64,000 nucleotides of DNA, from positions 1-64,000 of the forward strand of contig DF237391.1 of NCBI GenBank assembly GCA_000708835.1. The letters run 5' to 3'. Both the position numbers and the translations under genes were made by a program. The notes beneath the pieces were generated by a model. It searched no databases. It was not told the origin of the DNA and saw nothing but the letters and a program-made list of their open reading frames with translations. The number at the start of each line of letters is the position of its first letter. Positions within the stretch are counted from its first letter, which is position 1. This document shows positions 22,901-33,700 of the stretch, in pieces. The DNA is from Klebsormidium nitens (taxonomy: Eukaryota; Plantae; Klebsormidiophyceae).

Positions 22901-25490
22901 CATCGCCTGCTTCCCCATCTTGAACTGCCAGCGCACGCAGAACTGGATGCGCAGGTAGCTCTCCATTGTATACGTGAACGCCGCCAGGTACATGATTATG
23001 TAGCTAAAGTACGTGATGTAGTTCACCGGCTGCAGCACGCGCAGAGGCGTCCGCAGGCTGGGCGCGAGCGCGTGCTTGTTCGGGATGGTCGGGCCGATCA
23101 TCGCAAATAGGAGGATCATGATGACCCCCGTGGCAACATTGTAGACAAAGCGGGGGCGCGAGATGGCCGTGCTCGTGAGGAGCGAGAGGACGAGCGTGAG
23201 AAGGCCCGCCTCAAAGTCGACGAAGCAGCCGAGGAGGGAGAGGGGCACGCCAGCGCAGACGTGGCCAAGGCTCATCATCATTGGAAAGAGCTGCAAAAGG
23301 TGCACGGTTTGGGTTAACCTTGTGGGTTTGGTACATGTTCGCGAGTGGAGCAGATCGGTTTTCGAGTAGCACTTGACAAGCCAAAAAAGGACAACAAAAC
23401 TGCGTGCTTTAGCCTAGTGCATAAGAATTGCCGGGAATGCAGCATGACTACGAAGTCGCTTCACAGGTCCTGCGAACAGTGTCGAAGAGATCAAGTGCAG
23501 GCCAGGAAATCTCTGATGGGGCTGTGCCTTATGGTGTCGGAGCGAGAAGAAGGCCCCAAGCTTCAGCGATGCAAGTGTCTGGCGCTTCGAAGATTGTTCT
23601 CACCTTGCTGCGCCTCTTGAGGACGGGCGCAAACGAGGCGAGTGCGAACAGGCACGCCACGAATGCAACCGCGGTGTGCGCAACCCAGAGGCGCATCAGG
23701 AGGTCGTCATCAGTTATGTGAGAGAGAGCGGAGCACTCTGCAAGCAAACGGGCACTGTGTCTTGAGAAACTGCTCTAGCAGCCGGCTCTGTGTAACATCG
23801 AAGCACAACCATTCCTTGAAAACCCCATATTTCTAGAGTTGGCGACGAATCCTATCGGACCTGGGTGCACCAAACTGCCCTTGCATTCCGCTCATCTGCA
23901 GAGATCAAGCGCACCACAAGACGGGGGCTCTCCATGTTGAGGTAACTAGCAAGGAGGAAAACTTAGAAGCAAAACAAGCTAGTGCACAATGTCGAACTGC
24001 AAAGAAGGAAAAGGGTGATCGACAGCCATCGATGTACAAGATCGACTTGCTTGCCTGGATCAAGTCTCTGCGAAACCCAGGGAAACCCAAAGACTTCCAG
24101 AGAGTATTCGCCACAGAGTTGCGGAGAAGCAAAAAACTGCATCAGACTCACCTACGTAGCCGATGATGATGCTTGCAAAAGCCGCAACCAGCATGCTGTA
24201 ACGGAAATTGCGCAGATCCCATCCAAAGTTGTCGTAGTTGAACGCCTTTTCCAAATCGTCCTACAAGATACAGGGCAGAAAACCATATTCAATGCTGCCA
24301 GAGGCACTCAGCCTGGTGTGGGGACACTTCACAACAAGGGAGCATATGGAACGTCACATGGACTGTCGTACACCGGGGACCCGTGTGCAGGGGAACAACT
24401 GGGCGAGACCGCCTCAAAATTGGCCTTTACACTCCTACATCGAAACTGCCGCTTTAGCTCCATTGCGACAACCCCATGCTCCAACAAAACTGCCTACAAT
24501 TGTCCACCAGAGAATAGCAGTCACCTGGATGAACGTCAGTGTGTGCCACCGGAAGAGTGGCGTCTCCTTCTGCTGCGTTGTTTTGGGCCCCTCCTTCAAA
24601 GCCTTTGCTTCCGTACTCGGGGTCGCAGTTTCCTCCGTCAGACCCTGGCCTTTGAGCACCACATATTCGGCAAGATACTCGGCACTCTCGTGCATCCACT
24701 TGAGCTTGCTGCGATTTGCACCAGAGCTGGGGTCCTTGAGTAGCCCTGGTAGTCATCACGAGCTTGCATCAGTCCAAATTACATCAGGTGGGCCCATCAC
24801 AGATGATCAACTATTTAGGACTGGCCAGCTATTTGACCTGTGCTTTTGCTTTAAGAACATTACATCAAGATTGAACAGCCATCGCTTTGCCTGCAGATAC
24901 CCCGTGAAGATCAGGAACTCGGTAATCAGGCGTCGACACATATTTTGGGCCATCATTCTATTGCACACTCAGGCATGAAACAAGACCCAACAAAGCGGAA
25001 TTTCCAGTGCCGCTTGGTCCAGTACGGCATGATTTGTGAGCAAGACATCTAACAAATATGTTCGAAATCAGGAACCTCATATAACTACAGGCCATCGAAG
25101 CACACTCATCCATAAAACTGCCATCAAAGCTGCAGCTTCTCAAGCAATGAGGGACAGGGCAGTACCAGCAGAGGTGGAGGACGGGGAGCCTGCCAAGCTT
25201 CCTCCACTGCTTGCATTGGAGATTCCTGAGTTCGTTCTGTCCTGCTGCGACAAGCGGCCTCCCAGGCTTTCCGGCAGAGTGGATATGACACCCCCACTGG
25301 AACTGCGAACAAGCCTCGCTCTGCGGACTGCACCAGAGTGCGCAACCCCCGAGAACGTTCGGAGGACAGGTTGCAAGGGCAATGGCTCGCTCAGCCAGGA
25401 ATTATTGCCCGGATCAAACCTCCTATTAATGACAGCATTTGAGGACTCTTGTGGTGCTTCAGGTGCCTCGGGCTCCTCTGAAGACGCCAT
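10975..25490 (-). CDS. Giant tandem double hybrid histidine kinase: TM-HisKA-HATPase-pseudoREC-REC-linker-TM-HisKA-HATPase-REC-like-REC; 21 exons, about 2,396 aa
   Basis: Exons, 5' to 3' on minus: 25490-25166, 24745-24525, 24260-24152, 23737-23604, 23290-22848, 22323-22119, 21713-21563, 21178-20988, 20695-19712, 19314-18265, 17871-17416, 17033-16647, 16384-15630, 15420-15291, 15003-14845, 14465-14283, 13873-13187, 12840-12682, 12291-12133, 11652-11449, 11073-10975. All junctions are GT-AG and phase-consistent (7,191 nt). Module 1 motifs: THEIRHP, NLLDNAFKYT, DTGVGI, GIGLGL, LLVDD..LMDIEM..ALTA..LTRP. Module 2 motifs: SH|EIRTP, NVLSNAIKFT, DTGRGI, GTGLGL, VVED..FMDCQM..ALTA..VVKP. One in-frame TGA at 20369-20371 must be resolved. 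The first three exons are less certain. Confidence 0.8.
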
Positions 25491-27496
25491 CTGTCCGTAA
25501 GTCCTTCACTTTGCACCCGGCCTGTCAATCTAGGCTCATGCTTCCAGCTCACAGGCTCCCCAAGAAGCCGGAGTCATGAGGTTCAGACCTGGTACTTCAA
25601 TCTGCAAACCCAAGTCTCAACTGCTTATCATTCTTTCAGTTCTGAACATAGTATTCATCTGCAACTTCCCCACGCTAGATGTGAGCACAAGATGTGAAGC
25701 ACTTGAAACCGCGCAAGTTTCCAACAATGGTGACAAAAGTCCACCAAAATCACAATCTGATCAAAGTTACAGCCCTTGCCTTACGCTAAAGCTCACAGAT
25801 GATGGAGCTTTGCGTTGTTCGCCTGTAGCTTCAGGCATTTCAAACTGCCCAAGCAGTTGGCAGAGCTGCACCCTTGGAACCTAGGAGGATCCTAGCTACC
25901 TACAAACTCCGCCATTTTGCCCCAAGTGCTTTTCACTTTACAAGTTCAACTTGCCGGGTTCAACTTCCAGAGTGCACCAGAGTGATGATCACCTTGCAAA
26001 GCAGAGCAAAACGGTGAAAAAGTGCATCTACCGTACCTCGGTATCAAGTTCTGAGGCTCTAAAACTGCTAAAGCCAAGAGAGCACATGTAGAGGAAATTT
26101 GACCCGAGGTACCTATAAAAGTTGGACTTGGTTGAAGTTGGGCTCACCCGGGCACATTCCGGTTGTGCATACCTAGGTATTACCCGGTGTGGGAGGCACG
26201 CACGTGCCCCTGCTCGGCGTTTCCGGCTCCTGGTTTCCACGTAACGTACCTTCCCTTTACAACCGGGGCAATGCCAGCCGCACCGGGCAACTTTGAAGTT
26301 GCTTATAATTGATTCAGCTACCAGGTAGCTGCTAGGGCCGAGGCCCGAGGGCGAGCTAGCAACTGATCAAGAGCGCATGGGCCCCAGGAGCTCTGCTGAT
26401 GTCAGCATCCTCTGCGGCCACGATGGCGGCCGTTTTACGGTTCCCATTGCTTCACAGTAGGGTTGGCCTGCGCAGTGCACAGGCTGGATGTGCCGTATCC
26501 AATGCTGATCCTACCGTACGCGCCACTGGCACAAGGGTACGTACCGACTTCCCTGTAACGCCAACGCTTTTCACCGTGATTCTAGAAGCCAAAGCGGTCT
26601 GTACCGGTAACACTGAAGCTTTACCGAATACGGCCGCCCGAAAAAGTGCAAAAGCGACACGGGCCACGGGCCCACGGCCCACCACGGCCCACCACTAATA
26701 CCGGTGATCAATCGACCTTGGGCTGGGGAGCCGGGCACCGGGCCAGAACCCAGCCTCTCTCGCTGGGGGGACAGCCCGGGTAACGAAGTCCCGACTCCCT
26801 CGGCACCATCCTGCAAACCAAGCAAGTCGTTCGCACCTTCGCAGCTTCTTTTTAGCTCGGTTTACTGACAAAGTCAGTACCGAGCTGTCGCAATCGACCC
26901 CGGAGTTTCAGAAAAGGGGGGAGTGGCAATGCAGACTGGATCACTCTATTAAGCCCGGTTCGACCCATCGAAAGCAGGTTTCAGTGGTTGAAAAGCTGAA
27001 ATTGCAGACTCCCGTTTTCGACGGCTTTTGAGGTTCGATGCCCCGGAAAACTTTTTTTTTCGCCTTAGACCCCGAACCCCGGCACGTGCCGTCGTCGCGG
27101 GTCCTATGTCTCGCGGCCGGTACGGCGGCCGACAACTAGATCGAGTTAAGCCTGCCTGCCGGCTGCTCGGTTATGAAACCTTTCGCACGCACTGCAATTC
27201 TGGAAACCCTAGGATATTGAAATCAATACCGCCCGGTAATATATTCAATGATTATAAGCGGGCCTGACTCCTGATGTCTAGCTAATAAATCACACTGCGA
27301 AAGGCTTGCAAACTCCAGATTTCATTTCAGAAAATTTCAAAATAATACTCCTTATTGTAAACCGAGCGACCGCAGCGTTTCGCTGCCTACATTTTTTGAA
27401 AGTTTGAACAGACCAGCATCCAGGGCTACCTTTGCAACTTCTATTTGCTACATTTGCGTCAGTTGCGAGGGGTATCCACCGGTAAAGGGTGAAGCC
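25491..27496. promoter_or_regulatory. Divergent intergenic/promoter region between the histidine kinase (-) and the F-box/LRR gene (+)
   Basis: Position between two divergently oriented starts. GC-rich core around 26300-27200 and a telo-box-like AAACCCTA at 27204-27211. No transcription start was mapped. Confidence 0.35.
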
Positions 27497-28834
27497 ATGG
27501 CAAAGGCAGATTCGTCAGTCTCCGGCTCCAAGAAGGGCTCAAAAGTCTACCTTTTGACTGCTTGCCAGACGGCATTCTCGCGTCCATTCTGACCCGCAGT
27601 ACAGGTGTCCTCTTCTACGATCGGGAAATGGCGAATGCAGGCCGATCTCGCCAGGCTTCAGACTGTTTGCCCGCGTTTTCACCAAGTCGCTATAGAGGTT
27701 GGAAAGTTGCACTTTGATCTGCGGAAGCTGGACATGCGAGCTTGTGAAGGTTCTATTGTCGAACGTCTCTACTTAGGCTCAGAGCACATCACAAGCTTGC
27801 TTTTTCAGATGAATCCTGCTGAGGTACTCTGCAGCGGGCTCGTCTCCAGCTTTGCGAGGTGTGCTCCAAAGCTCGAGAGCTTTAGTCTCAATGGTGCCAG
27901 GCTGGATTGCCCGGGTTCAAACTCTGACACATTGACCCAGCAATTGCTCAAGTCCTTGTCGAGCTGCCCACAGCTGACGACCCTAAGTTTTGGGGGGGTG
28001 TTAGATGATGGCAGTGCCACCAGTTTGACAAGGGCTCTCTCGAGCAAGCGGCCCTTCCAAAGTCTTAAACAGATTGATGTGGACCACATAGAGCTCTCTG
28101 ACTCTGCATTGAGGTCTCTTTTGGAGCAATGCCCTGTCCTTGAGGAACTCCGAGCTTGGACTGTGATAGGTCTGGAGGAGCCGCAAATCAAAACAAGGAG
28201 CCTGCTAAAGCTCCTTCTAGTGACGAAAGCCCGCTGTCAAAGGTTGGAGATTCTTGCTCCAAAGCTCGTCGATGTCACACTCGATGGTTTTGGCAACGTC
28301 TGCATTGATGCCCCGGGGCTCCTCTCTTTGAATGTTGGTGGAGGCAGCATAACCAGATCGCAACCTTGGAATATTGAGGAGTTGCACTTGCGAGGGCTCT
28401 GGGAGTTTCGCAATGTCATGTCCTTGCTGCAAGTTTGTAGCGGAGCAAAAACGCTGTTTTTCGGAGTGGACATGAACGTGACTGTTGAGCCCGGGGACCA
28501 TGCTGTGGTAAATCTGATTAGTGAGATCCGCAAGTTTAGATATGTGGAGGCACTTTACTTACATGCGGACATGGTCAGGTTACTTGAGTGGCCAGCCGGA
28601 CCCGCCTTCAAAAGCTTAGAGCGACTTTCGATTGAACTACCCCTAGGAGAAGAGATCTACATTGATCACTGCGTCAATCTTGTTGACGGGAGCCCTAATC
28701 TGGAGTTTTTGGATCTGTCGTTCAGTGGACGAGACGCCTCATTGGAGGCCATCGATAATATGCTTCGCTTCATAGAACTACAAAAACGTTATCCCAACCT
28801 TGATATAAGAGTGCATCCGCTAGGTTGTTATTGA
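27497..28834 (+). CDS. F-box / RNI-like LRR protein, with the F-box N-half out of frame
   Basis: The long ORF 27605-28834 has DLARLQTVCPRFHQVA (F-box C-half) and repeated LxxLxL units (LESFSLN, LTTLSF, LKQIDV, LEELRA, LERLSI, LEFLDLS). The F-box N-half FDCLPDGILASIL starts at 27553 in a different frame from both ATG 27497 and the long ORF. Confidence 0.7.
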
Positions 28835-30587
28835 GACATTCAGTAGATTCTTGCGATCTTGAGCACCCGTACAGCCATGAGGGCTGGAATGCTTGATCTT
28901 ATTTGTCTAGCCCGAGCTTGTGTAGTTCCATACTTAATATGCATGGCCGGGTCCTTCTCGAGAGTCTTTATGGAAACGTGATGCTTGGAGTTTGACAAGG
29001 TGATTTATCGTCGCACTTAGTATGACAAGAACTGGCAACTTAGGCTCGATCCTTGAACTCGGAATCATTGCCTATACAGGTTCACGAATTAGCTGATATT
29101 ATTTTTCGTGACGGCTCGGCACGCCCATAAAGGTGATCTATATATCTTCAAATCAGCTGGCAACCACAATCACCAATGATCCGAGAGGGCATGCATTTGA
29201 AGATTTGAGCGGCAGCGATAAGCTAGTTCAATGCTTTCGTAGTGCATGTTGAACTATAGCTTGAACGTGGTGCGTGCAAAGCTGCAGCTAGCGTTGACAA
29301 GTGTTGAGCGCTTATCATTGCCGCCCCGGGCAGAATTTCAATAGACAGTCGGATCTGACTTCGATGCAATCTCGAAAGCGACCGCGCGGCCTACTATATC
29401 AGACAAACCGCGGTCACCGCGACAGCCATGCAGCATATTTACGATTGACACGCCGTCAATGTGTTAACGTGCACATGTCCGCTAATGGCCGGCAGCTATT
29501 CATAGCACTACCCGACATTCGTATGAACTTGAACATGCTGACATGAACACAGACTTCATCAACGATCTCAAATGGATTGCCATCGACTCATGTAATGTAG
29601 ATGTAGCAGCTAGATGTAAGGCCATGGCATGAGCGTGAGCATGATGCCATCGAAAGTGCTGGCCTAGAAGAGTTTTCGGCATGCATACGGCTTCTGTCTA
29701 GGTATATTTCGGCCCTACTATAAACCACGTGTAATGTCTGGCATAGACTTTTCAAAAGTGCACCCATTTGTATTACGGTTGCCAGCGGTCACTCACATTT
29801 GAAAGTCCACTACAGTCCAGGCGCAATTGCAGATTGCAAGTGACTCGTCAAAATGTCGAACGTTTCCATGTCATGACCGTCCTAACCATAAGCGGGGCCG
29901 AAGCTTTGGAGTCTATTATTCAAATGCTAAAGCAACTTTACCGGGACAAGACTTGTTCTGCGAAGTGTGGCTGGCCAAAGTACGCTTGTTGGCAGCACGT
30001 TGAGCAGAGCCTGCCTATGTTGTGGCCTCCGAAATAAGATATGCGCACAACTTGCACTACTCTTGCATCACGAAGACACGACCATGATCAAAGCTCCATT
30101 AGTCCTTTCCTCCTTGTATGAGCAAGGATAAGAGATCGACCAGGTGATCAATACAGCAGGCCTCACGGCGGCACTCATTTAGAAATGATCCAAAAGAGCT
30201 AGAGACGGTAGCTTAGGTTGACCTTCAAACGCAGACAACAGATTAGTGGCTCTATAATAGAACGCCTCTGACCCTTGTTCGTAGCACTTGTTCTAGCTTC
30301 AAGGGTGACGGAACCCAAATGGCACGCGTACATTCCACTTGACTATGTTTTATGCCACTCTACACCGTTACACCTCAGGTGTTACACAATGAAGCAGCTT
30401 TTGATCTCGCGTTAAGTTCTTTCCAATGCCGCATGCTCGTACGCTCCTCCTAAGGCTGAGAACTTGCAAATTTGGCGAGTTCCCACAGGGCTTCCCCTTC
30501 CTGCCAGTCCAACTACTTTCGCGTTTCTGCATTTACTACCTGATCCTACTCTGACAGGTTCGCTTACACATACACCTACCGTCTGCT

Positions 30588-30675
30588 TCACTGCTTTCCC
30601 TTGTACATATGTTGCCTCTTTTTGGAGGGTCACTGCTTTACCTTGCACATATGTTGCCGCTATTCGGAGGGTCAT
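30588..30675. repeat. Two imperfect 42-bp tandem repeats just 3' of the PLD stop
   Basis: tcactgctttcccttgtacatatgttgcctctttttggaggg followed by tcactgctttaccttgcacatatgttgccgctattcggaggg. Confidence 0.8.
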
Positions 30676-30753
30676 CTCGAGGCTCTTCCGTTAATTGTCG
30701 ATCGGCCAACCTGTACCTTCGAAGTTCCAAGTCTGCATTTTACTCCGCGCACG

Positions 30754-33700
30754 TCAAGTGGTGAACTCCGAGAACCAGGCCGGCCCCCGCGTGCTCCTCT
30801 TCACCTTGCCCTTCTCCCCGGGGAACCTCTTCCACCCAGGCAGGTCGTGTACCGAGCCGTCCGCCCCTACTTGAATCGGATACGCCATAATATGCCCCTC
30901 CATGTCCGCAACCTTTTCCTCGGCATACTTCCGCCAGTTGCTCTCCGCGAGCTCGTTGACATACCGGACGCACTCCGGACTGCCCGGGTCGTCGAACCGG
31001 GGGTCCAACCGGCCGCCGAAGTGCTCCGCCCATAGCGAGAGCCGGTAGCCGTAGACGTCCCCGCGGGGGGTGCGCACCCCGCCCGGGGTTTGGAGGGTTC
31101 GCGTGACGGCGTGCGGCTGGAAGGCGCTCATGGCGATCTCGGTGTCGCGGCCGCCTTCTAGGGAGCGCTCGTTCAGGTTGGCGGAGCCGATGTTGAGCGT
31201 CTCGTCGTCCTGGACCATAATCTGCACAAATTGGGGCCGGTGAGTCATTCAAAAACTCGAGGCAGAGTGAAGATACGCTATTCGTTCCATCGGAAGCGAG
31301 GAGTTATCAACGGCGGACGTCGAGCGGCCGAAAGGAGAGAAGGGAAAGGACCGCACTGGAAGAAGCATGAGCTTGAAATATTGATGTAGCCCTCGTTCCG
31401 CGTCTGATGGCCTGACATTATGGAGCGAACGGAGATTTCGGCTGTGTGGAATCAAGCCTTTGGATTGAGACGGTGTCGAGGGGTCAATGGGAAGGCCGGG
31501 AAGCAGTGCGAAGGAAGCACGCAGTCCGCGCCGCCGAAGGATGGTACCAAACATGGCCTTCCGCGCTTAGTAGGACCAGAAATCTTGCTGAAACGGAGAT
31601 TCTTTGCGACCAAAGCCGGATGTTGAGCTCTTCCCATTCTTCTCGTCAAGCAGAACGACAACGACTGACAAGACCCGCACGAAGGGACTGGTGATTCGGC
31701 GGAGTCTCGATCAGGTGAACGGTGGAGGGGGGAGAAAGCTGACTTCAGGTGGAACCTCTTGGAGACGCCTCTTAGCTAGAACCCTCCTGCACCGACGGTC
31801 TAGCTTGCAGATGCCTAGCTTGAAGCAGATTAGAAAGGAAACTCTTAAAAGAAGGGACCATTTTCAAAGTCAGTGGCAACTCACGCGGCTTTCCGTGAGT
31901 ACTACCTCCCTGAAACTCGTATCGCCCGGAGACCTTAGAACCACAATCACCTTCAAAAAGGCTAGGAAATTGTCATTGGGCCCACCTTGGCGTGCATGTG
32001 GATGAAGCTCCGGCGCGGCTTGCGGCGGCCGCGCTTCGTCGGGATGCAGCGGCCGCGCTCCTTCGGCTGCTCCGCGGGGCCCCCGTGCGGGCCGACCGTG
32101 TCTTGCCTGTTGCCCAGGCAGTAAAAGTTGAGGAAGTCCCGCGGGTGCCGCTTGCCGGCCAGCCCGTTGCGCGACAAAGCCTCCGCGACCACCCTGTAAA
32201 GAGTAACAGTCGAAAGCTTACAGATCGGAGGTAAGCAAGATGAGTTTCGATATGATGATTGACATTTCGGACGTGCCTGTACATAGCGGCCATGGTGTAC
32301 GCTGCCAATAGAGCATGCCTGTACTCAATACTTACAACCAAGCAAGCTTTGGACGCTTCCCGGACGCCACTTCGGACGCGTGCCGGCACTTTTCAAACAA
32401 AAGAACCTGAATTGGACGCGTTTCGGACGCACCTGTACATGTCGGCCATGGTGAGGCGCTGCCAGTAGAGCATGCCTTCACAAGAATCTTACAATCAACA
32501 AACTTCGAGAGGATTCGGACGTGTGCCTGCACATTCTGATCTCCCAAAACAAGATTCGGACGCGTTTCGGACGTACTTGTACATGGCGGCCATGGTGAGG
32601 CGCTGCCAGTAGAGCATGGCGTCCGCCTGCGGGCCGTAGATCTCGGGGTGCATCGGCACCAGCATGTACGCTGCGAACGGCTCCCCGCCGTCGATCTTCT
32701 GCGCGATCTTGAGCGCGATCTCCATCGGCACCGTGTTGTTCGCGCTCGCTGTTTTGTACCTGGGTAAGGAATATTACAGGAGGAATTGGGTTCCGGAAAA
32801 ACCATGGCCAGAAAAAGATTTTGAAGGCCGGGCGGACCCATCGAAGTGCTTCTGCTCAACCGAGAAGCCATGTGGGAAGCACGGCAACAAGTCCTCACAA
32901 CGTCAATCTTCGCATATCTGGCATTTGCGGAGTTCAAATGACGTCCCAATGCTTTCCGATCAGTTTGCTTCCTATCTAAACAGCCCCCTTTCAATCTTAG
33001 ACCACTCCGTTCTAGTCGCCTGGACAAATCCAAGCTACGAAAAGACACCGAAACCACAAAAAAGCGCAGGGGATCACTTAACGGAGCCTCTTCTCACCGT
33101 GGCCACGCGTAGCTGCTTCCCACATAGTACTGGTTCTCGATGTACAGAAACCGCTGCGCGCGTCGGATCGTGTACACGTACGCGTTTTGAATGCTCCTAT
33201 CCACCACGACGCCCTTCTCCCGATACAGCCCGCACTTGAAGTCCTCTTCCGGGTCTTCCGGCAGCCCCGCGTGCGAGGCGGAATCCGCGCTGCCGAACAC
33301 CTGGACGTGCCACGTGGCGGGGTCCGATTCGTTCGTGGCCGCGAGCTCGGGACACGCGTCCTCCGACCAGTGCGGCTTGTCGAAGCGCCAGCCGGGGGGG
33401 TGCGCGAGGCCGCGCGTTTCGGAGATGGGCAGGAGCGCATTCACATGTTCCTTGGCCAGCTCGCGCCACTCCTGCTCGAAGTGTGTGAATACGTCCCAGG
33501 CGGCGGGGCCGTCGATGCAGCACTCGGCGTCGTGCCAGGGCTCGTACCTGAATTGGCGAAGCAGAAGGTAATGATTCTGCTAACTCTACGGCGCTTTGCC
33601 GGAGAACGACATCGCGAAAGGAGAGGACGAAGTTCGTAAAACCCCCAAATGTAACTAGAAAGAGCATGCGGACAAGGCAAGTCTCGAATTACAGAGCACA

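Noticed and set aside
24238-24978. Plus-strand ORFs of 246 and 253 aa (also 23982-24743)
   Set aside because: They overlap kinase exons 2-3 antisense and have no recognisable motif or splice support.
28835-30410. Intergenic stretches (also 6700-8300 and 62200-63700) examined for transposon or ncRNA remnants
   Set aside because: They contain only short ORFs and short imperfect hairpins. No RT, integrase or transposase motif, terminal repeat, or snRNA/rRNA signature was recognised.
30588-30675. 42-bp tandem repeat producing ORF 30412-30675 (ATYVQGKAV twice)
   Set aside because: There are only two units, downstream of the PLD stop, and no coding evidence. It is kept as a repeat feature only.
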